Of a DNA stretch of 24,000 bases, positions 7,818-17,919 are shown piece after piece. How positions within the stretch are numbered: position 1 is the stretch's first letter; each line of letters starts with the position of its first letter. Location of the stretch: the NCBI GenBank assembly GCA_045606105.1, contig JAZURI010000003.1:129647-153646 (forward strand), written 5' to 3'. The notes beneath the pieces were generated by a model. That model was not told the DNA's origin and made no database searches. It saw only the letters and a list, made by a program, of their open reading frames with translations. A program made the translations under genes and the position numbers. The DNA comes from Spirochaetia bacterium (GTDB lineage Bacteria; Spirochaetota; Spirochaetia; CADAEX01).

Positions 7818-9545
7818 ATGAGTAAAAGAGCCAGATTTTTCATAGTACTTCTGGTTGTAGGTATTGCTTCTGTTTTTCTCTATCCTACCTTCAAGTGGTA
7901 TTTCGGAACAAGTGAAGACAGCAAGGCAATTGCAACAGGCTCAAGAGAGCAGATCAGAACCTATTCACAGGCCAAGGCAGCAGAGGATTTGGAATATCTC
8001 GAATCCCTGGTAAAGCAGAACCCGGGCCAGACAATTCCTGAAAAGTACAATTTCCTCAGGGATATGGCTGCAGCAAACTACAAGCTGATCAAGAAAGATG
8101 CACCGTCATCCTGGTCGGTAGAAAGTGTTCTGAGCAGTTTCAAGAACAAGAAACACCTTTTTAACAGTATTGAAGGTTATTACAGAGACAATGTAATGGC
8201 ACTCAAGGAACAGAGCAAGAATATCCTCCAGCTGGGTCTCGACCTTTCCGGCGGTATGAATGTACTGCTTGAAGCTGACATGAACAGCCTCGGTGAAAAG
8301 CTGGGCAGAATTCCAAGTGCAGAGGACAAGAAGGGGGCCATTGACAGAGCCATCGAAATCCTCAATAACAGAATTGACAGATTCGGTATCACAGAGCCTC
8401 AGATCAGAAGACAGGGCGAAACAGGCATTACAATTGAAATTCCGGGTGCAGCCGATCCTGAAAGGGTAAATGCATTCCTCATGGGAAAAGGCAAGCTCAA
8501 TTTCCATATCGTTGATGATGATGCCACAATGGCACTCAGGGATTATATCGACAGGAATCCGGGAAAAGCTCTTGATGCAGAGGGTCAGCCTGTGGACAAG
8601 TCACTTCTTCCTGCAGGAACAGTATGCAGACGCTTTGTACAGAAGGACAGATACGGTATTGACTATACAGCAAACTATATAGCTATCAGGGAAGAGGTTG
8701 GACTTGACGGTTCACATATCGTTGATGCACAGGTTGGAAACGATCCTGTAACCGGCCGTCCTGTTATCAACTTCACACTTGACAAGGAAGGTTCTGATAT
8801 CTTCTTCAAGCTTACAGCTGCCAATGTAAACAAGACCCTTTCCATCGTTCTTGATGACAATGTAAAGGCCGGTGCCACAATTCAGGAAGCTATTTCCGGA
8901 GGACAGGTCAGAATGTCAGGACTTGACAAGCAGGAAGCACAGGATATCGCTCTCGTTCTCAGAACAGCAGCCCTTCCTGTAACACTTGAAATTTCCAACC
9001 AGCAGGCTGTAGGTGCTTCCCTCGGTGAAGACTCCATTCGTCAGGGTGTAAGAGCCATGCTCCTCGGACTTCTTCTTGTAATTATCTTCATGGCTATCTA
9101 TTATAAGGGTGCAGGTCTTATTGCAGACTGTATGTTGCTTCTCAACCTTTTCCTCATGGTAGGTATCCTTTCAGCATTCAACCTTACACTTACCCTTACA
9201 AGTATTGCAGGTCTTATCCTTAATATCGGTATGTCAGTGGATGCAAATGTCGTAATCTTCGAAAGAATCAAGGAAGAGTACAGACTCGGTAAGACAGCGG
9301 CAGCAGCAGTCAAGTCAGGTTTCAAGAAATCATTCTGGGCAATCATGGACTCAAACATTACAACCTTCATAGTTGCAATCTTCATGTCTCAGCTGGGAAC
9401 AGGTCCTATCCAGGGCTTCGCCTATACACTGGCTGTAGGTATCGTAACATCCATGTTCTCTGCAATCTTCGTTTCAAGATTGGTTTTTGACTTCTGCATT
9501 GATGTGGGCAAAATGAAAAAATTAAGCATCGGATGGGGGAAATAA
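7818..9545 (+). CDS. secD: Protein translocase subunit SecD
   Basis: LGLDLSGGMNVLLEAD, IEIPGAADPERVNAFL, YKGAGLIADCMLLLNLFLMVG, GMSVDANVVIFERIKEE. Confidence 0.97.
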   Translation: MSKRARFFIVLLVVGIASVFLYPTFKWYFGTSEDSKAIATGSREQIRTYSQAKAAEDLEYLESLVKQNPGQTIPEKYNFLRDMAAANYKLIKKDAPSSWSVESVLSSFKNKKHLFNSIEGYYRDNVMALKEQSKNILQLGLDLSGGMNVLLEADMNSLGEKLGRIPSAEDKKGAIDRAIEILNNRIDRFGITEPQIRRQGETGITIEIPGAADPERVNAFLMGKGKLNFHIVDDDATMALRDYIDRNPGKALDAEGQPVDKSLLPAGTVCRRFVQKDRYGIDYTANYIAIREEVGLDGSHIVDAQVGNDPVTGRPVINFTLDKEGSDIFFKLTAANVNKTLSIVLDDNVKAGATIQEAISGGQVRMSGLDKQEAQDIALVLRTAALPVTLEISNQQAVGASLGEDSIRQGVRAMLLGLLLVIIFMAIYYKGAGLIADCMLLLNLFLMVGILSAFNLTLTLTSIAGLILNIGMSVDANVVIFERIKEEYRLGKTAAAAVKSGFKKSFWAIMDSNITTFIVAIFMSQLGTGPIQGFAYTLAVGIVTSMFSAIFVSRLVFDFCIDVGKMKKLSIGWGK

Positions 9546-9548
9546 GAG

Positions 9549-10508
9549 ATGAAAAACAAGATTTACGAATTCATAAAACTCAGATATATTGCTCCTGTAA
9601 CTTCCGTTGTTATCATAGTTATCCTTTTTGCAATCACAGGCGTAAAGGGTGGTTTTAACCTGGGAATCGACTTCCTGTCAGGTCTCAACATGCGTGTTCA
9701 GATTGCTCCGTCTGCAGTAAAGACTGATATTTCAGATATGAGAAATGTTCTTTCAGCAGCAGGTGCCGCTCAGATTCAGGTAATCGGAGATGCGGCTGAT
9801 CAGGAATTCAGCATCAGGGTAAGAGAAACCGGAGAGCAGACCGGTGCTGCGGTATCCGGCAAGGTTACAGACCTTCTTGAGAAGAAATTCGGTGCTGCAA
9901 ACGTTACAGTAAAACAGTCAGAGTTTTCAGGTCCTAGATTTTCACAGGCTTTGAGTCTTCAGTCTGTTTCACTTATCTGTTTCTCACTGGCACTCATGCT
10001 TGTATACATCTGGATCAGATTCAGGCTTGCATATGGTATATCCTCAATCCTGGCCCTGACACACGATGCCCTGATTATGGTTGGTGTAATCGGTGCACTT
10101 CAGCTTGAAGTTGATGTAACAACAATTGCGGCCGTGCTTACAATTATCGGTTATTCCCTCAATGCTACAATCGTTATCTTTGACAGAGTAAAGGAGAATG
10201 TTATACTGCTCAAGGGAAATCCGCTCAAGCATATCCTTAACACAAGTATTTCACAGTCACTTTCAAGAGGTGTCATCACATCCCTGACCACATTGATTGC
10301 AGTACTTGCCATTTATCTGTTCGGTGTGGGAGTTATCAAAAACTTCGCATTCAACCTGATAATCGGTATCTGTGTGGGAACCTATTCCTCATTCTTCATC
10401 GCCCCTTCTATCCTCTATATCTGGATGGCTAAGGTTCAGAAGATCAAGTTCGAGGGAGATGCCGCTCCTGTACAGGCTCAGCCTGAGACAGCAGCAGAAA
10501 CAAAGTAA
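9549..10508 (+). CDS. secF: Protein translocase subunit SecF
   Basis: FNLGIDFLSGLNMRVQ, YIWIRFRLAYGISSILALTHDALIMVGVIG, YSLNATIVIFDRVKENV, SRGVITSLTTLIAV. Confidence 0.97.
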   Translation: MKNKIYEFIKLRYIAPVTSVVIIVILFAITGVKGGFNLGIDFLSGLNMRVQIAPSAVKTDISDMRNVLSAAGAAQIQVIGDAADQEFSIRVRETGEQTGAAVSGKVTDLLEKKFGAANVTVKQSEFSGPRFSQALSLQSVSLICFSLALMLVYIWIRFRLAYGISSILALTHDALIMVGVIGALQLEVDVTTIAAVLTIIGYSLNATIVIFDRVKENVILLKGNPLKHILNTSISQSLSRGVITSLTTLIAVLAIYLFGVGVIKNFAFNLIIGICVGTYSSFFIAPSILYIWMAKVQKIKFEGDAAPVQAQPETAAETK

Positions 10509-10531
10509 TCTGATAATTAAGGATTATCCGG

Positions 10532-10562
10532 TCCCGCGGTTCAAGCCGCGGGATTTTTTTTA
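10532..10562 (+). terminator. Rho-independent terminator after secF
   Basis: TCCCGCGG-ttcaag-CCGCGGGA stem-loop followed by a T run. Confidence 0.9.
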
Positions 10563-10563
10563 C

Positions 10564-10591
10564 TTGACAAAAATGTTGCTATAAATATAAT
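10564..10591 (+). promoter_or_regulatory. tRNA promoter
   Basis: TTGACA (10564-10569), 16-nt spacer, TATAAT (10586-10591), 10 nt before the tRNA 5' end. Confidence 0.8.
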
Positions 10592-10601
10592 TATCACAAA
10601 C

Positions 10602-10675
10602 GGGCCTATAGCTCAGTTGGTTAGAGCCCTCGACTCATAATCGAGTGGTCCCTGGTTCAAGTCCATGTGGGCCCA
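10602..10675 (+). tRNA. tRNA with CAT anticodon (elongator Met or the Ile2 type read after lysidine modification)
   Basis: Acceptor GGGCCTA/TGGGCCC, D arm GCTCAGTTGGTTAGAGC, anticodon stem CTCGA-CTCATAA-TCGAG, T loop GGTTCAAGTCC, discriminator A; CCA is not encoded. Confidence 0.93.
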
Positions 10676-10676
10676 G

Positions 10677-10708
10677 AAATCTCCTGTCTTGCAGGAGATT
10701 TTTTTTTT
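10677..10708 (+). terminator. Rho-independent terminator after the tRNA
   Basis: AAATCTCCTG-tcttg-CAGGAGATTT followed by a T run. Confidence 0.9.
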
Positions 10709-10718
10709 GCTCTTTTGC

Positions 10719-10776
10719 GGTGAGTTGCGTGGGGACAGAGGATATTGCTTGGTGATTGCTTGGGGGACAGAGATAT
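10719..10776 (+). repeat. Imperfect tandem repeat, about 32-bp period, each unit carrying GGGGACAGAG
   Basis: GGTGAGTTGCGTGGGGACAGAGGATATT (10719-10746) and GGTGATTGCTTGGGGACAGAGATATT (10751-10776). Confidence 0.85.
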
Positions 10777-10826
10777 TTGAAGCAGAACTTCATTAATTTT
10801 GTTTAACATTGTTAAAGGAGAAAACA

Positions 10827-11300
10827 ATGGGAAGAAGAAACAGAATCACCGTTGATGGCGGAACCTACCATATTATTAACAAAATTAATGAAGAAAAGAT
10901 GCTTCTTGAATCGTCATTGATCAAGACTTTGTTCATGAAAATAATCAAAGAGGCAAAATTTCGTAAAAAATTTAGGTTTAGTCTCAAAAATATTACAATT
11001 ATGGACAATCATATTCATATGATTATAAAAATGGAACAAGGAGAAAGCTTATCCAGGTTGATGCAGTGGATTTTTTCTGTCTTTGCCCTTCGTTATAATC
11101 GAAGATTTAACAGAAAAGGTCATCTTTGGATTGATAGATTCAAAAGTAAGCTTATAGAAACTTTATCTGCATATAGGGCAATATTTGAATATATCTGTAA
11201 TAATCCGGTTAAGGCAGGTATTGTAAAAAGTGCTGAGGATTATATTTTTGGGTTCTGGCAATTGAGAGGCAACAGCGAATTTCAGGCACTTTTTACTTGA
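10827..11300 (+). mobile_element. Lone Y1/HUH transposase-like gene of the REP-associated (RAYT/IS200-like) type; start taken at MGRRNR (ORF track begins 10809 with TTG)
   Basis: MGRRNRITVDGGTYHIINKINEEKMLL, HUH motif in MDNHIHMIIKMEQGESLSRLMQWI, and C-terminal YRAIFEYICNNPVKAGIVKSAEDY; AAAGGAG ribosome-binding site upstream. Confidence 0.87.
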
Positions 11301-11331
11301 AAATCTGACATGGATTAATTAAATTAAAGTT

Positions 11332-12123
11332 ATGAACCGATTGGAGCTTCTTGATAAGGTTTATAATGAATATCATCGGGAGGAGTACATATATCCTGAT
11401 CCTCTGTCCCCGGTATTATCCTATAAAAACGCCGATGACAGGGAAGTTGCAGCTATTATTGCATCTTCTCTTGCTTTAGGACGGGTTGATCTTATCCTTA
11501 AAGCGGTAAATTCTGTGCTTTTACCACTCGGCTCTCATCCGGCTTCTGAACTTGATTCTCTCTCGGTGTCGGATTTGAGAGAAATTTATCATGATTTCGT
11601 TTATAGATTTTTTAAAACCGATGAAATAACCGGTTTTTTATATGCAATTAAGGTGATACGCGGGGACAGAGGAAGCCTCCAAGCCCTTTTTACCACAAAT
11701 TACACCCAAGGAAAGGGCATTACAAGCGGTATTACAGCTCTCAGCAATGAAATTGCCAGGATTTCAGAGGGTAAATCGGCTATGTTGCTCCCATCTCCTG
11801 AAAAAGGCAGTGCCTGTAAAAGGGTTAATCTTTTTCTTAGATGGATGGTCCGGCATGATAACATTGATCCGGGAGGATGGTCTGATATAAATACCTGTGA
11901 TTTGTTGGTTCCGGTTGATACCCATATGTATGATATTGCAAAACGTCTCAGGTTTACATCCAGAAAGACTGCAGATTTCAAAACAGCAGTTGAAATTACT
12001 GCCGGTTTTGCAGAAATTGTTCCTGAAGACCCTGTAAAATATGATTTTTCACTTACAAGATTGGGAATACATCCTGATCTTGATAAGGAAATATTTAAAA
12101 ATCTTGATTTTAAAGGAGAATAG
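11332..12123 (+). CDS. TIGR02757-family (DUF2400) protein
   Basis: [93 protein letters not shown]. Confidence 0.85.
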   Translation: MNRLELLDKVYNEYHREEYIYPDPLSPVLSYKNADDREVAAIIASSLALGRVDLILKAVNSVLLPLGSHPASELDSLSVSDLREIYHDFVYRFFKTDEITGFLYAIKVIRGDRGSLQALFTTNYTQGKGITSGITALSNEIARISEGKSAMLLPSPEKGSACKRVNLFLRWMVRHDNIDPGGWSDINTCDLLVPVDTHMYDIAKRLRFTSRKTADFKTAVEITAGFAEIVPEDPVKYDFSLTRLGIHPDLDKEIFKNLDFKGE

Positions 12124-12124
12124 C

Positions 12125-12280
12125 ATGAAGTATATCTGTAATCTTTGCGGCTATATTTACGATCCTGCAACAGGAGATCCTGACAGTGGAGTCAAAGCTG
12201 GAACAAAATGGGAAAATGTTCCTGCCGATTGGTGCTGTCCTGTTTGCGCAGCATCAAAAGACCAGTTCAGCCCGGCATAA
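12125..12280 (+). CDS. Rubredoxin (start at internal Met of ORF 12041..12280)
   Basis: [48 protein letters not shown], with CxxCG...CPxC. Confidence 0.95.
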   Translation: MKYICNLCGYIYDPATGDPDSGVKAGTKWENVPADWCCPVCAASKDQFSPA

Positions 12281-12292
12281 GCTGCTTTAACC

Positions 12293-12327
12293 GGGGACAG
12301 AGGTTTATCTGATAAACCTCTGTCCCC
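12293..12327. repeat. Perfect palindrome/hairpin made of two inverted GGGGACAGAGG motifs
   Basis: GGGGACAGAGGTTTATC-t-GATAAACCTCTGTCCCC: 17-bp arms around a single T, between the rubredoxin stop and the gap promoter. Confidence 0.95.
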
Positions 12328-12352
12328 ATGCCTTTCTTTCCCCTTATCTTTG

Positions 12353-12381
12353 TTGACATTCCCATTCCTTTACTCTATTAT
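12353..12381 (+). promoter_or_regulatory. Promoter of the gap operon
   Basis: TTGACA (12353-12358), 17-nt spacer, TATTAT (12376-12381); AGGAG at 12405-12409 before the ATG at 12418. Confidence 0.8.
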
Positions 12382-12387
12382 ATATAA

Positions 12388-13425
<1,038 letters not shown>

Positions 13426-13444
13426 TAAAGCTAAGGGTAGGATA

Positions 13445-14626
13445 ATGGTACTCAATACAATCAGGGATGCAGATCTGACAGGTAAACGTGTTCTCATCCG
13501 TGTCGACTTCAATGTGCCTCTCAAGGATGGTATAGTCAAGGATGATACAAGAATCCGTGCGGCTGTTCCTACTATTGAATATATTCTTTCTCAGAAGGGA
13601 ACTTCTGTTGTGGTCATGAGTCATTTCGGTCGTCCTAAGGGACAGAAGAATCCGGAATTTTCCATGGCTCCTATCGGAAAGAGATTCCAGGAGATCATCG
13701 GGCGTCCCGTAAAGGTTGCTTCAGATGTCATCGGTGATGCCGTAGCAGCAGAGGCTTCTGCTCTCAGAGAGGGAGAAATCCTTCTTCTTGAAAATGTCCG
13801 CTTCTATCCTGAAGAGGAAAAGAACGGTACAGAATTTGCCAAGGCACTTGCATCTCTCGGAGATGTTTATGTGAACGATGCTTTCGGTACTGCCCACAGA
13901 GCCCATGCCTCCACAGAGGGTGTTGCCCATTTCCTCCCTGCATATGCCGGATTCCTCATCGAGAAAGAGGTAAAGTTCATGGCTCCTCTTCTTGAGAATC
14001 CGGCTCATCCTTTTGTCGCCATCATCGGCGGTGCAAAGGTTTCCTCCAAGATCGGAGTTCTTCAGTCGCTTCTCAGAACCTGCGATACAATGGTTATCGG
14101 CGGGGGTATGGCCTATACATTCCTCAAGGTACAGGGATACAGTGTAGGTAAGTCTCTCGTGGAAGCTGACTATATCGATACAGCAAAGGCTTTCCTTGAA
14201 GCTGCAGCTGCCAAGAATGTAAAGGTAATCCTCCCGGTTGACCATGTGGTTGCCGCTTCATTTGCAGAGGATGCCGCACCTGAGCTTATCAGCTCTCCTG
14301 ACATTCCTGAAGACAGGATGGGAATGGATGTGGGACCTGAAACCATTGCCCTTATCAAGGAGGCTCTGGCTTCAGCAGCAACTGTTGTATGGAACGGACC
14401 TCTCGGTGTATTCGAGTTTGACAGCTTCGCAAAGGGAACTCTTGAAATTGCCAGATCTGTTGCTGAATGCAGCGGCATTACTGTTGTAGGAGGGGGAGAT
14501 TCTGTAGCGGCTGTAAACAAGTTCGGCCTTGCAGACAGACTCAGCCATGTTTCTACCGGCGGCGGTGCTTCATTGGAATTCCTTCAGGGACTTCCGCTTC
14601 CGGGAATTGTTGCTTTGGAAAAATAG
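13445..14626 (+). CDS. pgk: Phosphoglycerate kinase
   Basis: [65 protein letters not shown]. Confidence 0.98.
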   Translation: MVLNTIRDADLTGKRVLIRVDFNVPLKDGIVKDDTRIRAAVPTIEYILSQKGTSVVVMSHFGRPKGQKNPEFSMAPIGKRFQEIIGRPVKVASDVIGDAVAAEASALREGEILLLENVRFYPEEEKNGTEFAKALASLGDVYVNDAFGTAHRAHASTEGVAHFLPAYAGFLIEKEVKFMAPLLENPAHPFVAIIGGAKVSSKIGVLQSLLRTCDTMVIGGGMAYTFLKVQGYSVGKSLVEADYIDTAKAFLEAAAAKNVKVILPVDHVVAASFAEDAAPELISSPDIPEDRMGMDVGPETIALIKEALASAATVVWNGPLGVFEFDSFAKGTLEIARSVAECSGITVVGGGDSVAAVNKFGLADRLSHVSTGGGASLEFLQGLPLPGIVALEK

Positions 14627-14634
14627 GGGGATTT

Positions 14635-15390
14635 ATGTCCAGAATCAGATATATCGCAGGTAACTGGAAAATGAACAAGCTTTCAGGCGAAGCAGTTACA
14701 CTTGCAAAGGAAATAGCAGAAGGTGCAAAGGATCTCGGATGCAGAATCATGATCGCACCTCCTTTTACAGCTCTCTCTGAAGTGAGCAAGGTTGTCAGGG
14801 GAACAAATGTTCTTCTCGGTGCCCAGAATATGTCAAATGCCGTTTCAGGTGCATACACCGGAGAGGTTTCACCGGACATGCTTATCGATCTCGGTGTTTC
14901 CGTTGTTATTCTCGGTCATTCCGAAAGACGCACCCTTTACGGAGAAACAGATGCTTTCATCAATTCAAAGGTGAAGCTTGCCCTTGAAAAGGGTCTTGAT
15001 GTGATTCTCTGCGTAGGTGAGACTCTTGCTGAAAGAGAAGCAGGAAAAGCTGCGGAAATTGTATCTTTTCAGGTTGAAAACGGTTTGAAAGATATAAGTG
15101 TTGATTTTATTGAAAAAATTACGGTTGCCTATGAGCCTGTATGGGCTATCGGTACCGGAAAGACAGCAACTGCCGAAGATGCAGAGGCTGTTCATAAGGT
15201 TATCAGGGAAAAGCTTGCTGAAATGTACAGTTCAGAGGCTGCAGAAAAGGTACTTATCCAGTACGGCGGTTCCATGAAGCCTGAAAATGCTGCCGGTCTT
15301 CTTGCAATGCCTGACATTGACGGCGGACTTATCGGCGGTGCAGCCTTGAAAAGCGAAAGCTTTTTGGCTATACTGAAATGTGCTGAATAA
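14635..15390 (+). CDS. tpiA: Triose-phosphate isomerase (start at MSRIRY inside ORF 14467..15390)
   Basis: YIAGNWKMNK, LGHSERR, VAYEPVWAIGTGKTA, IQYGGSMKPENA, LIGGAAL. Confidence 0.97.
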   Translation: MSRIRYIAGNWKMNKLSGEAVTLAKEIAEGAKDLGCRIMIAPPFTALSEVSKVVRGTNVLLGAQNMSNAVSGAYTGEVSPDMLIDLGVSVVILGHSERRTLYGETDAFINSKVKLALEKGLDVILCVGETLAEREAGKAAEIVSFQVENGLKDISVDFIEKITVAYEPVWAIGTGKTATAEDAEAVHKVIREKLAEMYSSEAAEKVLIQYGGSMKPENAAGLLAMPDIDGGLIGGAALKSESFLAILKCAE

Positions 15391-15404
15391 TTAAAGAGGT
15401 AAAT

Positions 15405-15731
15405 ATGGGAATTTTAAGTATTATTTTGCTTGTTTTGTTTGTTATTGCATCACTTCTGCTTATTCTTCTTGTTCTTGTGCAGGATGATCAGGGTGACGGT
15501 ATCGGAGGGATCTTCGGAGGCGCAAGCTCAACTCCTTTCGGTTCAAAATCAGGAAATGTCCTCACAAAGTTTACATCTATTCTGGCGGCATTCTTCCTTA
15601 TCCTTTCTCTCGGTCTGGCATGGGTCAACAGAAGTACTGAACAGGACGACCTTCTCGGTTCTGTAAAAAGCGCTGAAGCAGCTGAAGCAGCTGAATGGTG
15701 GAATGAATCTGCCGAACAGGGAAATAAATAA
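15405..15731 (+). CDS. secG: Preprotein translocase subunit SecG
   Basis: ILLVLVQDDQGDGIGGIFGGASSTPFGSKSGNVLTKFTSILAAFF, two TM segments. Confidence 0.93.
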   Translation: MGILSIILLVLFVIASLLLILLVLVQDDQGDGIGGIFGGASSTPFGSKSGNVLTKFTSILAAFFLILSLGLAWVNRSTEQDDLLGSVKSAEAAEAAEWWNESAEQGNK

Positions 15732-15746
15732 TCCGGGGTTTCTGTC

Positions 15747-16763
15747 ATGAAAAAGTTTCTTCTTGCGGTTTTCCTTACATTAGTGTGCCTCGGTGACGGT
15801 TTTGCTCAGGAATCCCTTGATTCAAAGGTTGCCATAGTAAATCTCACCAAGCCTGAAATCATATCCAGAAAACAGCTGGATCAGACTGTCAAGCTTCTGC
15901 AGGCTACCGGAATCAACAAAAGCGAACAGGAAATTCTTGAAGTCATGATTGACGATGTTCTTCTTAAACAGGGAACAGAAAAAGAAGGAATTAATATTTC
16001 AGAGGCTGAGATTATTTCAGCTCTCAGAAAGGAAGTAGGAGCTTCAGGCCAGGCTGCAACCGATGACCAGCTCAAGCAGTTCGTTGAACAGCGGATGCAG
16101 GTAAGCTGGAACGTTTATGCCGACAGAAGCAAGACTACTCTGGGAATCCAGAGATATATCAGGAAGGTAAAGGGAAGCAAGCTTTCCAATATCCCTGCAC
16201 CGTCTCAGCCTGAAATCCAGCGTTTCTACGACAGCAACTCAAAGCAGTTCTTCGTTCCTAAGACAGTTACACTGGACCATATCTATGTGGACACCAGATC
16301 CCTTACTGCCGACGAAAAGGCAAAGGCACTGGAGCGTATAAATGAATACAGCACCAAGATAAAGAAGGATTCAAAGGAATTTGACAAATATGTTGAATTC
16401 TCCGATGATTCCGCTTCCAAGTACAACAACGGAAGATTCGGTACTCTCCGTATCGACGATGTCAACAGGAAGAAATTCATGGGCGAAGATTTCTTTACTG
16501 CAGTTTTTGCAATGAACAAGGGCGATATCAGCTCTGTCATCACATCCAATGTAGGATATCACATTGTAAGGGTTGCAGATGTTTCCGAACCAAGACTTCT
16601 CGGTATCCATGAAAAGATTTCCGAAAATCAGAAGCTTACCGTAAGCGATACAATCAAGCAGTATCTCACAGCCCAGAAGCAGGACATGATTTTCAAGGAA
16701 TGTGTAAAAGAGGTCACAGAAGATCTCAGAAAAAAAGCTGACATCAAATATTTTCTGAAATAA
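15747..16763 (+). CDS. Exported PpiC/parvulin-type peptidyl-prolyl isomerase (SurA-like)
   Basis: Signal peptide MKKFLLAVFLTLVCLGDGFAQ, SurA-like N-terminal helices, and a parvulin-like region (LDHIYVDTRS... FGTLRIDDVNRKKFMGEDFFTAVFAMNKGDISSVITSNVGYHIVRV). Confidence 0.85.
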   Translation: MKKFLLAVFLTLVCLGDGFAQESLDSKVAIVNLTKPEIISRKQLDQTVKLLQATGINKSEQEILEVMIDDVLLKQGTEKEGINISEAEIISALRKEVGASGQAATDDQLKQFVEQRMQVSWNVYADRSKTTLGIQRYIRKVKGSKLSNIPAPSQPEIQRFYDSNSKQFFVPKTVTLDHIYVDTRSLTADEKAKALERINEYSTKIKKDSKEFDKYVEFSDDSASKYNNGRFGTLRIDDVNRKKFMGEDFFTAVFAMNKGDISSVITSNVGYHIVRVADVSEPRLLGIHEKISENQKLTVSDTIKQYLTAQKQDMIFKECVKEVTEDLRKKADIKYFLK

Positions 16764-16766
16764 GCT

Positions 16767-17186
16767 ATGGGTGCAATGCATAAGGCAAGGGTTCTTGCAT
16801 TTCAGATAATTTTCAGCTGGGATTTTGAGAGGCGGGCTGTACCCGAAAATCTTTTTGACTCGGTAAGGAATCTTTCCAACGAGGAGTTTGATATTGCTTC
16901 CGAAACATATGTCAAGCTTACTGTCTGCGGTACTATTGAAAATATCGATAAAATAGACAGCATGATCAGGGAGCATCTCCGTAACTGGAAATTCGACCGT
17001 ATTGCCAAGGTAGATCTGGCTATTCTCCGTCTCAGCGTATACGGGCTTCTTTTCCAGAAAGATACGGATGGGAAGATTATTATCAATGAGGCCGTGAAGA
17101 TTGCCCAGGAATACGGAAATGATGATTCCTATAAATTTATAAACGGTCTTCTGGATTCTATTTACAAGAAAAATGATAAGACTTAA
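16767..17186 (+). CDS. nusB: Transcription antitermination protein NusB
   Basis: ARVLAFQIIFSWDF, KIAKVDLAILRLSVYGLLF... IIINEAVKIAQEYGNDDSYKFINGLLDSI (NusB signature). Confidence 0.93.
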   Translation: MGAMHKARVLAFQIIFSWDFERRAVPENLFDSVRNLSNEEFDIASETYVKLTVCGTIENIDKIDSMIREHLRNWKFDRIAKVDLAILRLSVYGLLFQKDTDGKIIINEAVKIAQEYGNDDSYKFINGLLDSIYKKNDKT

Positions 17187-17919
17187 ATCAAAGAAAGATA
17201 TTTCCGGTATCAGGGATGCCGGTGCCATTCTTGCAGAAACACTGGACAAGATAAAAAAAGAGCTTCAGGCTGGAATGAAGACCTCTGACATTGATGATAT
17301 TGCCAGGGAGTATATCATTTCCAGAAAGGCCAGACCGGCTTGTCTCGGTTATATGGGCTATCCTGCCAGTATCTGTGTTTCGGTTAACGAAGAGGTAATC
17401 CACGGTATTCCCGGTAAAAGGGTAATCAGGGAAGGTGATATTGTAAGCTGCGATCTCTGTGTGGATCTCAAAGGTTATATTGCTGACAGTACCGTTACCA
17501 TTCCTGTTGGAAAAATCTCTCCTCAGGCCGAAAAGCTTCTTAAGGTTACCGAAGAGTCCCTTTATCTGGGTATCGAGAAGGCAGTGGCCGGAAATCGTGT
17601 CATGGATATTTCCAGATCGGTTTTCATTCATGCCAAGAAACATGATTTAGGTGTTGTTCGTGATTACTGCGGTCACGGAGTAGGCTTTGATATGCATGAG
17701 GAGCCTGCTGTTCCCAACTACATTTTCAGAGGGGCAAATCCTCATCTCAGGGAAGGAATGGTTATTGCCATCGAGCCTATGATTACATTGGGATGTGACG
17801 ATATTGATGTTCTTGATGATGACTGGACCGTAGTTACAGCTGACGGTTCCCTTGCAGCTCATTTTGAACATACCGTAGCCATCCACGACGGTTATGCCGA
17901 AATACTTACAAAACTATGA
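17173..17919 (+). CDS. map: Type I methionine aminopeptidase
   Basis: ISGIRDAGAILAETLDKI, CLGYMGYPASICVSVNEEVIHGIPGKRVIREGDIVSCDLCVDLKGYIADSTVT, RDYCGHGVGFDMHEEPAVPNY, MVIAIEPM. Confidence 0.97.
   Translation: MIRLKSKKDISGIRDAGAILAETLDKIKKELQAGMKTSDIDDIAREYIISRKARPACLGYMGYPASICVSVNEEVIHGIPGKRVIREGDIVSCDLCVDLKGYIADSTVTIPVGKISPQAEKLLKVTEESLYLGIEKAVAGNRVMDISRSVFIHAKKHDLGVVRDYCGHGVGFDMHEEPAVPNYIFRGANPHLREGMVIAIEPMITLGCDDIDVLDDDWTVVTADGSLAAHFEHTVAIHDGYAEILTKL

Noticed and set aside
10532-10562. GC-rich hairpin after secF as part of the repeat system
   Set aside because: It has no GGGGACAG sequence and has a clear T tract; it is a normal intrinsic terminator.
12041-12124. 28-aa N-terminal extension of rubredoxin
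   Set aside because: It overlaps the end of the TIGR02757 gene; canonical rubredoxin starts at MKYICNLCG (12125).
14467-14634. 56-aa Cys/Arg-rich N-terminal extension of tpiA in the ORF track
   Set aside because: It overlaps the pgk 3' end; the real TPI begins at MSRIRYIAGNWKMNK with a ribosome-binding site (GGGGG region) just upstream.
16371-17249. 292-aa minus-strand ORF across the parvulin and nusB genes
   Set aside because: It spans two convincing + strand genes and has no recognisable domain.
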